55,820 bases of DNA from Candidatus Altiarchaeota archaeon (lineage in GTDB: Archaea > Altiarchaeota > Altiarchaeia > IMC4 > QMZM01): NCBI GenBank assembly GCA_016931955.1, contig JAFGDV010000045.1, positions 1-55,820 on the forward strand, read 5' to 3'. This document shows, one piece after another, positions 18,627 to 27,647 of this stretch. The first letter of the stretch is position 1, and every line of letters begins with the position of its first letter. The notes under the pieces were generated by a model, which was not told the DNA's origin, did not search any database, and saw nothing but the letters and a program-made list of their open reading frames with translations. The position numbers and the translations under genes are program-made.

Positions 18627-19490
18627 TTTAATGATGGCTGAACCTAATGGAACGTTGATGTTTTTAGCTACTGGAACGCATTTCGCCTTCATCAGTAACC
18701 CGATTCTGCCCGTAAGTTTCTCAGGATAATCCATGAGGGTTTCATAGCAGCCCATGCCTTTGGCGATTATGAAATCCGCTTCACCGAATTTTTTCAGGAA
18801 CCTTGGAGTGCACTTCTCAAACCATAGGCCCAGGAAATCCCCCCGAGGGATTACCTCACATATTCTGTCTAAACCTGCTTTCTTTATCTCCTCGATGGTC
18901 GCGTCATCCTGCACCGGCCTTGAGAGGGGGCATACGCAGACCTTCGCGTACTTGGTAAGCTCCTCTATCAATACTCTGTCGAACACTATCTCGGCTGCGT
19001 TGTCTGTGACATAGAGTATCTCCTTTGACTTCCTTATCTTCTCGTAGATCCTGTCTGAGTCGTCTACTGCCAGACTTCCATTGATCACCGCAGATGTCTG
19101 CTCATCCAGCTTATCCAAGTCCACCTTATGGTCTTGGGCGCCGAATTCTATGATGTTTCCTGCGAGGGCGATCTTTAATGCAAGCTTGAACCTCTTGCTG
19201 TCGTCTTTTTCTTTGTCTACAATACCTTTCAGTTTTGGGTAGAGTTTTATCGCAGCATCAAAGCTTCTTTTCTTTAGATCCTTCATTGGGTCGCTGTTTT
19301 TTATCACGCCTTCGATGACCTTGTTTCTCTCGTAGGCTAACCCCGTCGTTGTAATGTCCTCTGATATCAATTCAGAGCAAAGCCTGCAGAGTTTCCTCAG
19401 CACTTCTCTCCTTGTTTTTTCGTCTTCTCCTTCGCAGAAAAGAAGCGCCCGCTGAAGCATGCATGGAACGCATTCAGGGTACAGTCTCAT
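18618..19490 (-). CDS. DUF89/ARMT1-like damage-control phosphatase
   Basis: ECVPC, DPMK, AGNIIEFG, TDNAAEIVFD, QDDAT, KGMGCYE, KAKC. Confidence 0.85.
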   Translation of the reverse strand: MRLYPECVPCMLQRALLFCEGEDEKTRREVLRKLCRLCSELISEDITTTGLAYERNKVIEGVIKNSDPMKDLKKRSFDAAIKLYPKLKGIVDKEKDDSKRFKLALKIALAGNIIEFGAQDHKVDLDKLDEQTSAVINGSLAVDDSDRIYEKIRKSKEILYVTDNAAEIVFDRVLIEELTKYAKVCVCPLSRPVQDDATIEEIKKAGLDRICEVIPRGDFLGLWFEKCTPRFLKKFGEADFIIAKGMGCYETLMDYPEKLTGRIGLLMKAKCVPVAKNINVPLGSAIIKLL

Positions 19491-19563
19491 CTTATCCTAT
19501 TCCGATTCAACGGTTAAATTAGGCCATATTTATAAGCCCCTTCCATATATTTATCTTACCAAG

Positions 19564-19830
19564 ATGGAAGTCAAATTCATCCAGAAAAAAAAGAAGATCA
19601 TCGAGTTGGAATTCGACGACAAGACCCTGCCGAATGCCTTGGCTGAAGCCCTGTCAGAGAATGAGGTGGATTCCTACGTCTACGAGCCACACCCACTCAT
19701 AAAGGGATACCGGCTGCACGTAGAGGCTGATGACGCCATGAAGGAGCTGAAGTCTGCCGTGTCGAAGGTCGAGAAGAGGTGGGATGGATTCAGCGAGCTT
19801 CTTAGAAAAGGGCTTGTATCTGAGAAATAA
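19564..19830 (+). CDS. rpoL: DNA-directed RNA polymerase subunit L (Rpo11), divergent
   Basis: MEVKFI...IELEF.DKTLPNAL...Y..PHPL...LHVEA.DA.KEL pattern of RpoL; 88 aa from ATG 19564. Confidence 0.7.
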   Translation: MEVKFIQKKKKIIELEFDDKTLPNALAEALSENEVDSYVYEPHPLIKGYRLHVEADDAMKELKSAVSKVEKRWDGFSELLRKGLVSEK

Positions 19831-19884
19831 TCCTGATCCGACTTTTATTCTTTAAGATATATATGATATAAAGGATTTATTATA

Positions 19885-20223
19885 ATGGTGAATTCAATGG
19901 AAGACAAACACAGGATGCTGAACCTCTTCCTGCACGACAAACCTACTCGCATCATCCTGAGCCTGAAGGATTCGGAGGGAAAATACACATCCATACTATC
20001 TAAGGAGACTGACTGCACCTACACCCATGCACTGAAGATACTCAGCCAGATGAAGGAACTCGGCATGGTCGAATTCGAAAAAAAAGGCAGGATAAAATTC
20101 GTCAAACTAACGCCTATCGGTTCTGATACCGCCCACGAGATCGAAGGCTTGGTAAGACAGCTTGAACGGCTTTCCGAGGAAAAACCAGGCGAAAAGAAAT
20201 CCTCCAAAAAAACAAAAAAATAA
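19885..20223 (+). CDS. Winged-helix DNA-binding protein (MarR/ArsR-like)
   Basis: YTSILSKETDCTYTHALKILSQMKELGMVEFEKKGRIKFVKLTPIG. Confidence 0.85.
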   Translation: MVNSMEDKHRMLNLFLHDKPTRIILSLKDSEGKYTSILSKETDCTYTHALKILSQMKELGMVEFEKKGRIKFVKLTPIGSDTAHEIEGLVRQLERLSEEKPGEKKSSKKTKK

Positions 20224-20249
20224 ATACCCGTATATGTAAAATTTAATAG

Positions 20250-21095
20250 ATGCCTATGGCAATCGATAGAATATCAACTGGTATCCTTGGACTGGATAAA
20301 CTGATACAAAGCGGATTTCCGAAGAGCTCCTGCGTTCTGATATCCGGGCCACCTGGAACAGGTAAAAGCATTACTGCCCTGCATTTTCTATGCGAAGGAG
20401 CGTTGAATAACGAGGTCGGGATCTATGTCAGCTTCGACGAACCGCGGGATAGCATACTGCTAAGCGGGGAAGAGCTAGGTTTTAAACTCCAGCAACTGGA
20501 AAAGGAAAACAAGATCATAATACTTGAGTATTTCACCATAGAAAGCAACCTCTACCTTGGAGAGAGGAGCAGGATAGAGGATGAGATGAAGCTTTTGGTG
20601 GAGAAGAAAAAGCGCATGGAGAAGGAGGGTAGAGCAACCAACGAGTTGGATAACAGGATAGAGATGCTCAAGGACAGGATCATAGAGATCGAAAAGGCTA
20701 TCAGGGAAAGCAGATACAAGATAACGCAACATGAGCGGGAGGAGATATTCTTCAGCAGATTGAATGAGATCATTCCATTGGTTAAGGCTAAACGGTTGGT
20801 TGTTGACTCATTGTCTGCTTACATGATATACGGCGTCAGTAAGGATGCATTGCACATGTTCATCCATAGACTGCGAGACTTGGGCACCACAACCATACTT
20901 ATCTCGGAGGCTGCCGAGGACATCAAGGCCTTGGAGAAGACAGCTGAGTACCTGGTTGATGGCGTCATCGAATTCCACCATACTGATGACGGGAAAGACT
21001 CCATGAACCTCAACGTCAAGAAGATGAGGTGGACTAAGCAGAAGAAAGGCAGCACGCCCTACGAGATAACCCCCTCAGGCATAGTAGTCAAGTAG
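20250..21095 (+). CDS. KaiC/RAD55-family (RecA superfamily) ATPase with internal coiled-coil insertion
   Basis: ISTGILGLDKLI.GFP, Walker A GPPGTGKS, Walker B RLVVDSLS, AEYLVDGVI, KMR. Confidence 0.88.
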   Translation: MPMAIDRISTGILGLDKLIQSGFPKSSCVLISGPPGTGKSITALHFLCEGALNNEVGIYVSFDEPRDSILLSGEELGFKLQQLEKENKIIILEYFTIESNLYLGERSRIEDEMKLLVEKKKRMEKEGRATNELDNRIEMLKDRIIEIEKAIRESRYKITQHEREEIFFSRLNEIIPLVKAKRLVVDSLSAYMIYGVSKDALHMFIHRLRDLGTTTILISEAAEDIKALEKTAEYLVDGVIEFHHTDDGKDSMNLNVKKMRWTKQKKGSTPYEITPSGIVVK

Positions 21096-21582
21096 CTGGC
21101 TTCTTTCTTCTCGCTGTGGAGACCAGTGAATTCCAGGCGAATGCTATCCTCTCCAGATAGTTCGTAAACGTCAATGATTCGGACAATATAAGAGAACGTC
21201 CCTTTTTTAATGCACCCTCAAGCTCTCTCTCCCTTTTTATCAGGCCAAAGCGGACCAGCTTGGGTATGACCTTGTTCTCCAATGTGGACCTCGAGTACCT
21301 CTTTTCTTTAAGGAATTCCGAGATCTCCTTTTTCGTCAACACCTCGTTCTTCAGCAGCAGGTCTATGAAGTCTGAAGCCACCTGAAAGTACCTAGGTTGA
21401 TACCTCCTAGGAAAGACAAAGTCTACAACATCCTCGATACCCCAGATCACTGCCTTATCTAGGCCGCCTTTATCCCTGATCTCTTTACCGTAGTGGCGTG
21501 GGATCCACATGCTCTCATCTGCCGGTATGCCCCTCGTAGGGGGTAGCTTCGGTTCCGGGTTTCCGGGCTTCTTTTTCGCCAT
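21088..21582 (-). CDS. Uncharacterised winged-helix protein
   Basis: LTKKEISEFL...SRSTLENKVIPKLVRFGLIKR; last gene of an aminotransferase-DUF116-argD run. Confidence 0.75.
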   Translation of the reverse strand: MAKKKPGNPEPKLPPTRGIPADESMWIPRHYGKEIRDKGGLDKAVIWGIEDVVDFVFPRRYQPRYFQVASDFIDLLLKNEVLTKKEISEFLKEKRYSRSTLENKVIPKLVRFGLIKRERELEGALKKGRSLILSESLTFTNYLERIAFAWNSLVSTARRKKPAT

Positions 21583-21583
21583 C

Positions 21584-22717
21584 TTAGTGTTTCAATGAAT
21601 CGAACGCAGTTAAAAATTCGTCCACATGTTTTCTTTCGATGATTAAAGGCGGCAGAATCCTGAGGGTATTCCCTGAGTAGATAGTCAACACACCCTTTTC
21701 TATGAGATCCAAAACGGTCCTCTTCCCGTCTTCTACTTCAACCCCTACCATGAGTCCCCTCCCACGAGCCCCCATACCCCTTTTCTTCAATTCATTCAAC
21801 AGGTAATCACCCATCCTGCTGGCGTTTTCCGCGAGCCTTTCTCTCACGATCACGTTGATGACGGTGTTTGCGACCTCACAAGCTAGGGGGTTGCCTATGA
21901 AGGTTCCTCCATGCTCTCCCGGCTTGAAGTCGCCGCAGTCGAAGACTGTCGCACCTATTGGAAAACCCCCACCCATGCCCTTAGCCAGGCAGATTATATC
22001 GGGTTTTATACCTGAGTGTTGGAAGGCGAACATCTCCCCTGTTCTGCCGAACCCCGTCTGGACCTCGTCGAGGATTAACAGGATGTTTTTTTCTACTGTT
22101 ATCTCTCTCACTTCCTCCAGATAGCCATCGTCTGGTATTATCACACCGGCTTCGCCTTGTATCGGTTCAACGATCACGGCTGCGGTCTCTCCTGTAATCT
22201 TCTCTCTTAGAGCATCTACATCATTGTATTCTGCGAACTTGATCCCTGGAAGCAGGGGCATGAACGGTTTCCTGTATTTCTCTCCCCACGTCAGGCTTAA
22301 GGCCCCTAAAGTCCGCCCGTGGAAGGCATTCTTCATCGCAATTATCTCCTTCTTCCCTGTTGCTTTCCGCGCAAGCTTTATGGCTGTTTCAACTGCCTCA
22401 GTACCATCATTTGTTATGAACGCCTTCTCTAGGCCGGTTAACTTCACCAGCAGTTGAGCCAGCCTCAGTTGTGGAAGCGTATAATACCAGTTGGATGTAT
22501 GCATGAGGAGCCCTGACTGCTTTCTTATCGTGGACACGACCTCAGGATGTGAATGACCGAGGGAGTCTACTGCTATGCCGGCGAACATGTCAAGGTATCT
22601 CCTATCCTCTACGTCATAGACGTACATCCCCTCTCCCCTGGTTATCGCGACCGGCAGCCGCGAGAACGTGTTCGCATAGTATCTTTCTTCAGTCTCCTGT
22701 ATCTTTCTTAGATCCAT
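21584..22717 (-). CDS. argD: Acetylornithine aminotransferase (class III PLP)
   Basis: FHGRTLGALS, VEPIQGEAG, LDEVQTGFGRTG, LAKGMGGGFPIG, HGGTF.GNPLAC. Confidence 0.9.
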   Translation of the reverse strand: MDLRKIQETEERYYANTFSRLPVAITRGEGMYVYDVEDRRYLDMFAGIAVDSLGHSHPEVVSTIRKQSGLLMHTSNWYYTLPQLRLAQLLVKLTGLEKAFITNDGTEAVETAIKLARKATGKKEIIAMKNAFHGRTLGALSLTWGEKYRKPFMPLLPGIKFAEYNDVDALREKITGETAAVIVEPIQGEAGVIIPDDGYLEEVREITVEKNILLILDEVQTGFGRTGEMFAFQHSGIKPDIICLAKGMGGGFPIGATVFDCGDFKPGEHGGTFIGNPLACEVANTVINVIVRERLAENASRMGDYLLNELKKRGMGARGRGLMVGVEVEDGKRTVLDLIEKGVLTIYSGNTLRILPPLIIERKHVDEFLTAFDSLKH

Positions 22718-23402
22718 CTTGACGCATCTCCATTACATTAAATAATTCCTCCATGTTGACGTCTGTTTCAACGCAGCCGTCTCGGAGCAAGACAACCCCC
22801 TGACTGGGGATACCCTTATTTGATAATTCAAGCATCCCCCAGTAGACTTCAACGGGACAACCTATCCCGATAGCCGCTCTTGGTTTGATCTTACCGATAA
22901 TCCTTCTAACGAACCCACCGCCTGGAGCTATATACACCCCTTTATACCCAAGGCTCTCTGCTTTCTTTGTGACCTCAAATACCTTACATCTACCGCATTT
23001 AGCACACTGAGCCCCCTCTATGGAGCTGAATTTGGCCGGACACTCTAAGGATCTGAGACACTGTGGGACTATAACAACCCTGTTTCCATACGGAACCTCT
23101 GAAAATCTCTTCTTTAATAGCATGTTCCTCATCTCTACATTAACTATGTCAATCATCTTCTCGTTTCCTCCAAGGAGAGAGATGATCTTCCTTGAAGGCA
23201 GGTAGAGTGAATCCATTAGGAATAGGAGCACCTTGATTACAACGGAACCGAATTTTGAGGACACGAACCTTATAACCCCTCTGTTTTTGAATGATATGTA
23301 CACGAAGACTAGACCAAGGGACAGTAGGATGGCAAAGATTATGGCTAGTACTATTGCAGCCATGCCTATGTTTGCAAGTATTTCCTGGGAGAATAGTTCC
23401 AT
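22689..23402 (-). CDS. DUF116 family membrane-anchored Cys-cluster protein
   Basis: N-terminal TM; PQCLRSLECPA, CAKCGRC, IAPGG, IGIGC, GCVET. Confidence 0.85.
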   Translation of the reverse strand: MELFSQEILANIGMAAIVLAIIFAILLSLGLVFVYISFKNRGVIRFVSSKFGSVVIKVLLFLMDSLYLPSRKIISLLGGNEKMIDIVNVEMRNMLLKKRFSEVPYGNRVVIVPQCLRSLECPAKFSSIEGAQCAKCGRCKVFEVTKKAESLGYKGVYIAPGGGFVRRIIGKIKPRAAIGIGCPVEVYWGMLELSNKGIPSQGVVLLRDGCVETDVNMEELFNVMEMRQDGSKKDTGD

Positions 23403-23403
23403 C

Positions 23404-24534
23404 TTATATTATTCCCTTTAGTATATCAACGGCCTTCCTTAGGTCTTCTATTTCGGCGTCGCCGTAGCTCATCCTCAAACAGCCGTGTCCTGCTGAGCCG
23501 AAGGGGCTTCCAGGTATCACACCTACGCCCTCATCCATCAACTTATCTGCAAGTTCTATGTCGTCCGCTCCCTCGAAGAACGGGAAAACATAGAACGCCC
23601 CTGAAGGCTTCTCCATGACCGCCCTGGTTTTTTTCATTCCATCTATGAGGCAGTCCCTCCTCTTCTTTAGGATCGCTATCATCTTCATGACATCCCTTCT
23701 GGCTTCCTCCGTGAAGGCTTTTAACGCCCCGTATTGTATGAATGACACAGCGCAGGATACCGTCTGCGCCTGTATTATATCCATTTTTTCGATGATCTCC
23801 TTGTTCTGGGATGCTGCATAGGCCAGCCTCCAGCCTGTCATGGAGAACTCCTTCGAGAATCCGTTTACGGTTATAGTGTCCTCGTATATGCTGCCTGCGC
23901 TGAAGTGCTTTCCTTCATAGATGATCCGCTCATAGATCTCATCTGATAGTATGATTGACTCGTTCCTCTCCGCTATGTCCACCACCTTCCTTATCGCCTT
24001 CTCGGGGTAGACTGCCCCAGTAGGGTTATTGGGCGAGTTGATTAGTATCATCCTTGGTTTTGAGTCCTCCAACACAGCGTAGAAGTCATCGTCTGGTATG
24101 AAGCCGTTTTCTGGTTTTAGTGGGATCCATGCCGTCCTTCCCTCTGAAAGTCTCGCGATGGATTCATAGCTCACCCAGGAGGGATTTGAAATGGCCACAA
24201 CATCCCCCCTCTGGATTATGCTCATGACTGCTTCGTAGATTACATGCTTCGCGCCCACACTCACGAGAACGTGTTCTTCGTCCAGGTTCTGGATCTTGTT
24301 CTCTTCTACCAGTTTCCTCGCTATCGCCTTCCGAAGCTCTGGTATTCCCTTCGTCGGCGTGTAGTGGACTTTGCCCTCGTCCAAGGCCTTCTTGGTCGCC
24401 TCCTTTATGATTGGAGGCGTGTCGAAGCCGGTCCTCCCTATGGTCAGGTTTATCATCTTCCGCTCTTTCGCAAGCCGTGAGTACTTGAAGGTTGCTGACT
24501 CATCCACTCCCTTAAGCCTAGAAGAGAACCTCAT
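23404..24534 (-). CDS. Aspartate/aromatic aminotransferase (class I/II PLP)
   Basis: YTPTKGIPELR, NSPNNPTG, SDEIY, NGFSKEFSMTGWR, GAFY. Confidence 0.92.
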   Translation of the reverse strand: MRFSSRLKGVDESATFKYSRLAKERKMINLTIGRTGFDTPPIIKEATKKALDEGKVHYTPTKGIPELRKAIARKLVEENKIQNLDEEHVLVSVGAKHVIYEAVMSIIQRGDVVAISNPSWVSYESIARLSEGRTAWIPLKPENGFIPDDDFYAVLEDSKPRMILINSPNNPTGAVYPEKAIRKVVDIAERNESIILSDEIYERIIYEGKHFSAGSIYEDTITVNGFSKEFSMTGWRLAYAASQNKEIIEKMDIIQAQTVSCAVSFIQYGALKAFTEEARRDVMKMIAILKKRRDCLIDGMKKTRAVMEKPSGAFYVFPFFEGADDIELADKLMDEGVGVIPGSPFGSAGHGCLRMSYGDAEIEDLRKAVDILKGII

Positions 24535-24586
24535 TTTGCGGGTTTTATAAATTTATCTTCTAATTAATATATTTCAGTTGATCTAG

Positions 24587-25288
24587 ATGAATGTTGATCC
24601 TAAAATCAAGGGATGGATTCGGGACATCTGTGAAGTCATTGTAGTACTGGCTTTGATAATAATCCTGTCGAAGCTGCTGTTGGGGCCTAAGATGCTCATA
24701 CCCTTGGTGGCGGTTACCTCTGAGAGCATGCTCCATACCAGCGATGACTGGCAAAGATGGCTTCTCTCGCATAACATATCAGAGGATATGATAGCATCTT
24801 TCCCCATCGGGGGTGGCTTTGCCAAGGGGGATATGATTGTGACAATAACTCCAGATGGTGGAGGAACCCTTCACGGCTTCTTTTCTGACACACGGGTTGG
24901 TGATGTCGTGATCTATGAGAGGGATAAACAGCACAGCTTCGGTGCTCCGCCCATCATCCACCGTGTCGTTGGCGTCGTCGAGGTGAAGGATTGGAGTTTA
25001 TACTCGACTGAGGGCTCCCTGGACTGTCTTACCGTGGAGGGCTTCCTGCTGGAGTATATCCCCCACGTGAAGGGCTGTTCTGAGGGCGAGAGATGCTCCT
25101 ACGCCCGCTTCCCGAAGAGCGGGGATTTCAGTTTTTATGTGACAAAGGGCGACAATAACCGGGAAAGTGATCAATGCAGTAACATAGCCCTCCCAGTGAC
25201 TGATGCACAGCTCACTGCCCGGGGCTGGATCGTCATACCCTATCTGGGTTGGCTTAAGTTGATCCTGAACGTGTTCATCCCCCTATAG
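24587..25288 (+). CDS. Signal peptidase I (archaeal/ER-type S26)
   Basis: VTSESM (catalytic Ser), GDVVIY, PIIHRVV (His), TKGDNN, IPYLGW. Confidence 0.85.
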   Translation: MNVDPKIKGWIRDICEVIVVLALIIILSKLLLGPKMLIPLVAVTSESMLHTSDDWQRWLLSHNISEDMIASFPIGGGFAKGDMIVTITPDGGGTLHGFFSDTRVGDVVIYERDKQHSFGAPPIIHRVVGVVEVKDWSLYSTEGSLDCLTVEGFLLEYIPHVKGCSEGERCSYARFPKSGDFSFYVTKGDNNRESDQCSNIALPVTDAQLTARGWIVIPYLGWLKLILNVFIPL

Positions 25289-25660
25289 CCTTAGGTAGTT
25301 ATCCCAGACCTCAGCCATCTTGGAGAGTGTTTCTGAGAACCTATCCACTAACCTTACTTCATGAGCTTTTCTACCTTTGTTGTAGACCTTTTCTATCATC
25401 CCTGAATTCTTGAGCCTCTTCAGCATGTTGTGGTATCTGCTCTGCGATATCCCCCCCCTGATGCAATAGTTCTTCCACTCTGCTGTTGTGTAGGGTGCTC
25501 CTGACCTGCTCCACTCCTTCACGTGTTCCAGGAATTCCCTGGCATCGTCTACCAGCTCTGGTTCCTTCCAGAAGAGTTGTGTTAGAAGCTCTTCTATGTT
25601 CTGAGGGCTCTCTCTGGGTACGCCTATCTTGACTTCAAAATTTTCCCTTCTGGATTTCAT
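25283..25660 (-). CDS. Uncharacterised winged-helix protein
   Basis: YTTAEWKNY...SQSRYHNMLKRLKNSGMIEK; ATG at 25660 lies about 26-33 nt below a TTTATAAA box. Confidence 0.75.
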   Translation of the reverse strand: MKSRRENFEVKIGVPRESPQNIEELLTQLFWKEPELVDDAREFLEHVKEWSRSGAPYTTAEWKNYCIRGGISQSRYHNMLKRLKNSGMIEKVYNKGRKAHEVRLVDRFSETLSKMAEVWDNYLRL

Positions 25661-25680
25661 ATTGTATATTATATACAATA
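25660..25680. promoter_or_regulatory. Perfect 21-bp palindrome, candidate operator
   Basis: TATTGTATAT-T-ATATACAATA, between the TATA box (about 25686-25693) and the ATG of the wHTH gene. Confidence 0.65.
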
Positions 25681-25859
25681 ATAGATTTATAAATATAATT
25701 TATCATTGCATATAACACACAATAATATAAAACATCCCTGGAATGTATCACCATTTCCATCAAGTGGCTGCATCAACAACCACACCCCAAAAAAAAGAAG
25801 ACACAAGATCAGTTATTCCAAGTCAATTATTAAAGTGAGTGCATATATACACTTAAGAC

Positions 25860-26543
25860 ATGGAATCCAGTGTTGAGAAGCCAAAGCCCTTGGATGATAT
25901 GAGCGCATTCCTGCGCGTACTCTTCTACCCGGCAGCCTTTTCAGTGATATTCCCAGGGAGCATCTTCGGGCTTGCTGAATTTCTGGCCTCTCCTTTCATA
26001 ACAGCACTGCATGAAGTAGGCCACCTCCTATTCATCATATTTGGATTCTTCATCCAGTTTACTGGAGTGAATCTATTCAAATACCCCTCCTATAATTTTC
26101 TCGTCACAATAGGTGGTACCCTTGGACAGACCCTGGTGCCAATTGCCCTCATCCTGTACTATCTGAGGAAAAACAAGGTCTCAATTGTAAACAGTTACCT
26201 GGCGTTTTTAAGTGTCTCCCTCAAGCATGCTGGATTCTACTGCAGTACCGCAGTCAGCAATGGATCCTTTATCGGAATCAATTCTTTTTTCATACCGACC
26301 ATCTTTGAAGCCCAAGAGGGTGACTGGTATATAATCCTGAGTTACCTGGGCATATTGGATCACGCCCTGGCAGTAACTGAACTACTCTACAACCTAGCCT
26401 ATCTGGTGGCGTTGTTAGCCGTTACATCCATTATCCTTGATTACTTCATGCGAGCACTTAAGATCGAGTTGAGTATCATATGCCTCTATGCAATAAGCAT
26501 TGCACTCTCCCTCATCATGATGGTGTTAACCCTCTTTTTCTGA
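25860..26543 (+). CDS. Integral membrane HExxH metalloprotease-like protein (M50B-like)
   Basis: ALHEVGHLLF in hydrophobic context, IGGTLGQ, GDW.IL..LG; about 6 TM helices. Confidence 0.65.
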   Translation: MESSVEKPKPLDDMSAFLRVLFYPAAFSVIFPGSIFGLAEFLASPFITALHEVGHLLFIIFGFFIQFTGVNLFKYPSYNFLVTIGGTLGQTLVPIALILYYLRKNKVSIVNSYLAFLSVSLKHAGFYCSTAVSNGSFIGINSFFIPTIFEAQEGDWYIILSYLGILDHALAVTELLYNLAYLVALLAVTSIILDYFMRALKIELSIICLYAISIALSLIMMVLTLFF

Positions 26544-27647
26544 TTAACTCCGGAGAGTATCGTAGACGTCTTGGGCTCTGGCGTCTGTTCTGACCCCTAT
26601 GGGTGAAAAGTGGGTTCTTGTCGCTTTAAATCCACAACCTTTTAGCCTCTCCATTACCTTTCCCATAGGAGCTACTATAACACCTAGTTTCCCGTAGACC
26701 TTATGGACATCATAGTAGGGCACAAACACCTGCTGCTCCGCACCAACAATAGACACAAGCCTGAGGGACTCATCCAGTGTCCTAAAATTCTCCTCTAAGA
26801 GCTGCTGTTCCAGCCTCTTGCAGAATTCAGGATCCGCGAAACAAGAGACCCAGAGGGGTCCCGCCGTTCTAAGAGGGCTTCCGCAATCACATCTAGTTTT
26901 TAACTCCTCAAGGCCTGAAAACCCGCGGTAGAGGCACCTAAAGCAGTGCTGTATATATCCCATGCTCTGCAGTGATTTATTCGCGCTCTTCCTTGACCTC
27001 TTAACCCTGACATAGACCCTCAGATAGTGCCTAGTGCAGTGCGAAAACAACGGCTGAATGCATAGGTCATACTTCAAACCAGCCCTCCCGACATAGCCAA
27101 GGAGTATCCTTAACCCGAGCTCGTTGTAGTAGTCGGTCCTCAATGGCGATGAATCATATTTTCTTCTGCAGGCTTGGGGATATGTCCCACAGAGTGCTGA
27201 GGTGTCTGTCGCTGTTACGGCCAATACGCCCTCGTTTCTTATCGACCTGACGGCGGAATCAATAAACCTTACAGGGGTCCCGAAGGGGTCTATGTCGATG
27301 GAATCGAACCTCCCCTGGCTCATTAACAGATTAGCGTCCAAGTTGGTTGCGTTAACGGCTACGGAATTCAGTTCGGCATTTTTCCTGATAGATTCAACCG
27401 CTTTGGGGTTTGAGTCATTCGCCGTGACCTGGCAGCCCACTTCATTAGCCATCCTCACACCCCTGGCTCCAGAACCAGACAAAGCATCACAGAAGTGCTC
27501 TGGTTTAGTGAGTTTAGCGACTGCGACTGAGATGTCCCTGTTAAGCTCCATCTGGGGGTTAAAGAAAACGATATTTTTCCTAGTTAATCTCTCTACAACC
27601 GGTACAATCAGCCTCGTCTTTCCCTCATTCACCCCTCTGAGATCCAT
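26544..27647 (-). CDS. trm1: tRNA (guanine-26-N2)-dimethyltransferase
   Basis: FFNPQMELNRDISV, DALSGSGARGVR, IDIDPFGTP, TATDT..LCG, ELGLRIL, RTHF. Confidence 0.95.
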   Translation of the reverse strand: MDLRGVNEGKTRLIVPVVERLTRKNIVFFNPQMELNRDISVAVAKLTKPEHFCDALSGSGARGVRMANEVGCQVTANDSNPKAVESIRKNAELNSVAVNATNLDANLLMSQGRFDSIDIDPFGTPVRFIDSAVRSIRNEGVLAVTATDTSALCGTYPQACRRKYDSSPLRTDYYNELGLRILLGYVGRAGLKYDLCIQPLFSHCTRHYLRVYVRVKRSRKSANKSLQSMGYIQHCFRCLYRGFSGLEELKTRCDCGSPLRTAGPLWVSCFADPEFCKRLEQQLLEENFRTLDESLRLVSIVGAEQQVFVPYYDVHKVYGKLGVIVAPMGKVMERLKGCGFKATRTHFSPIGVRTDARAQDVYDTLRS

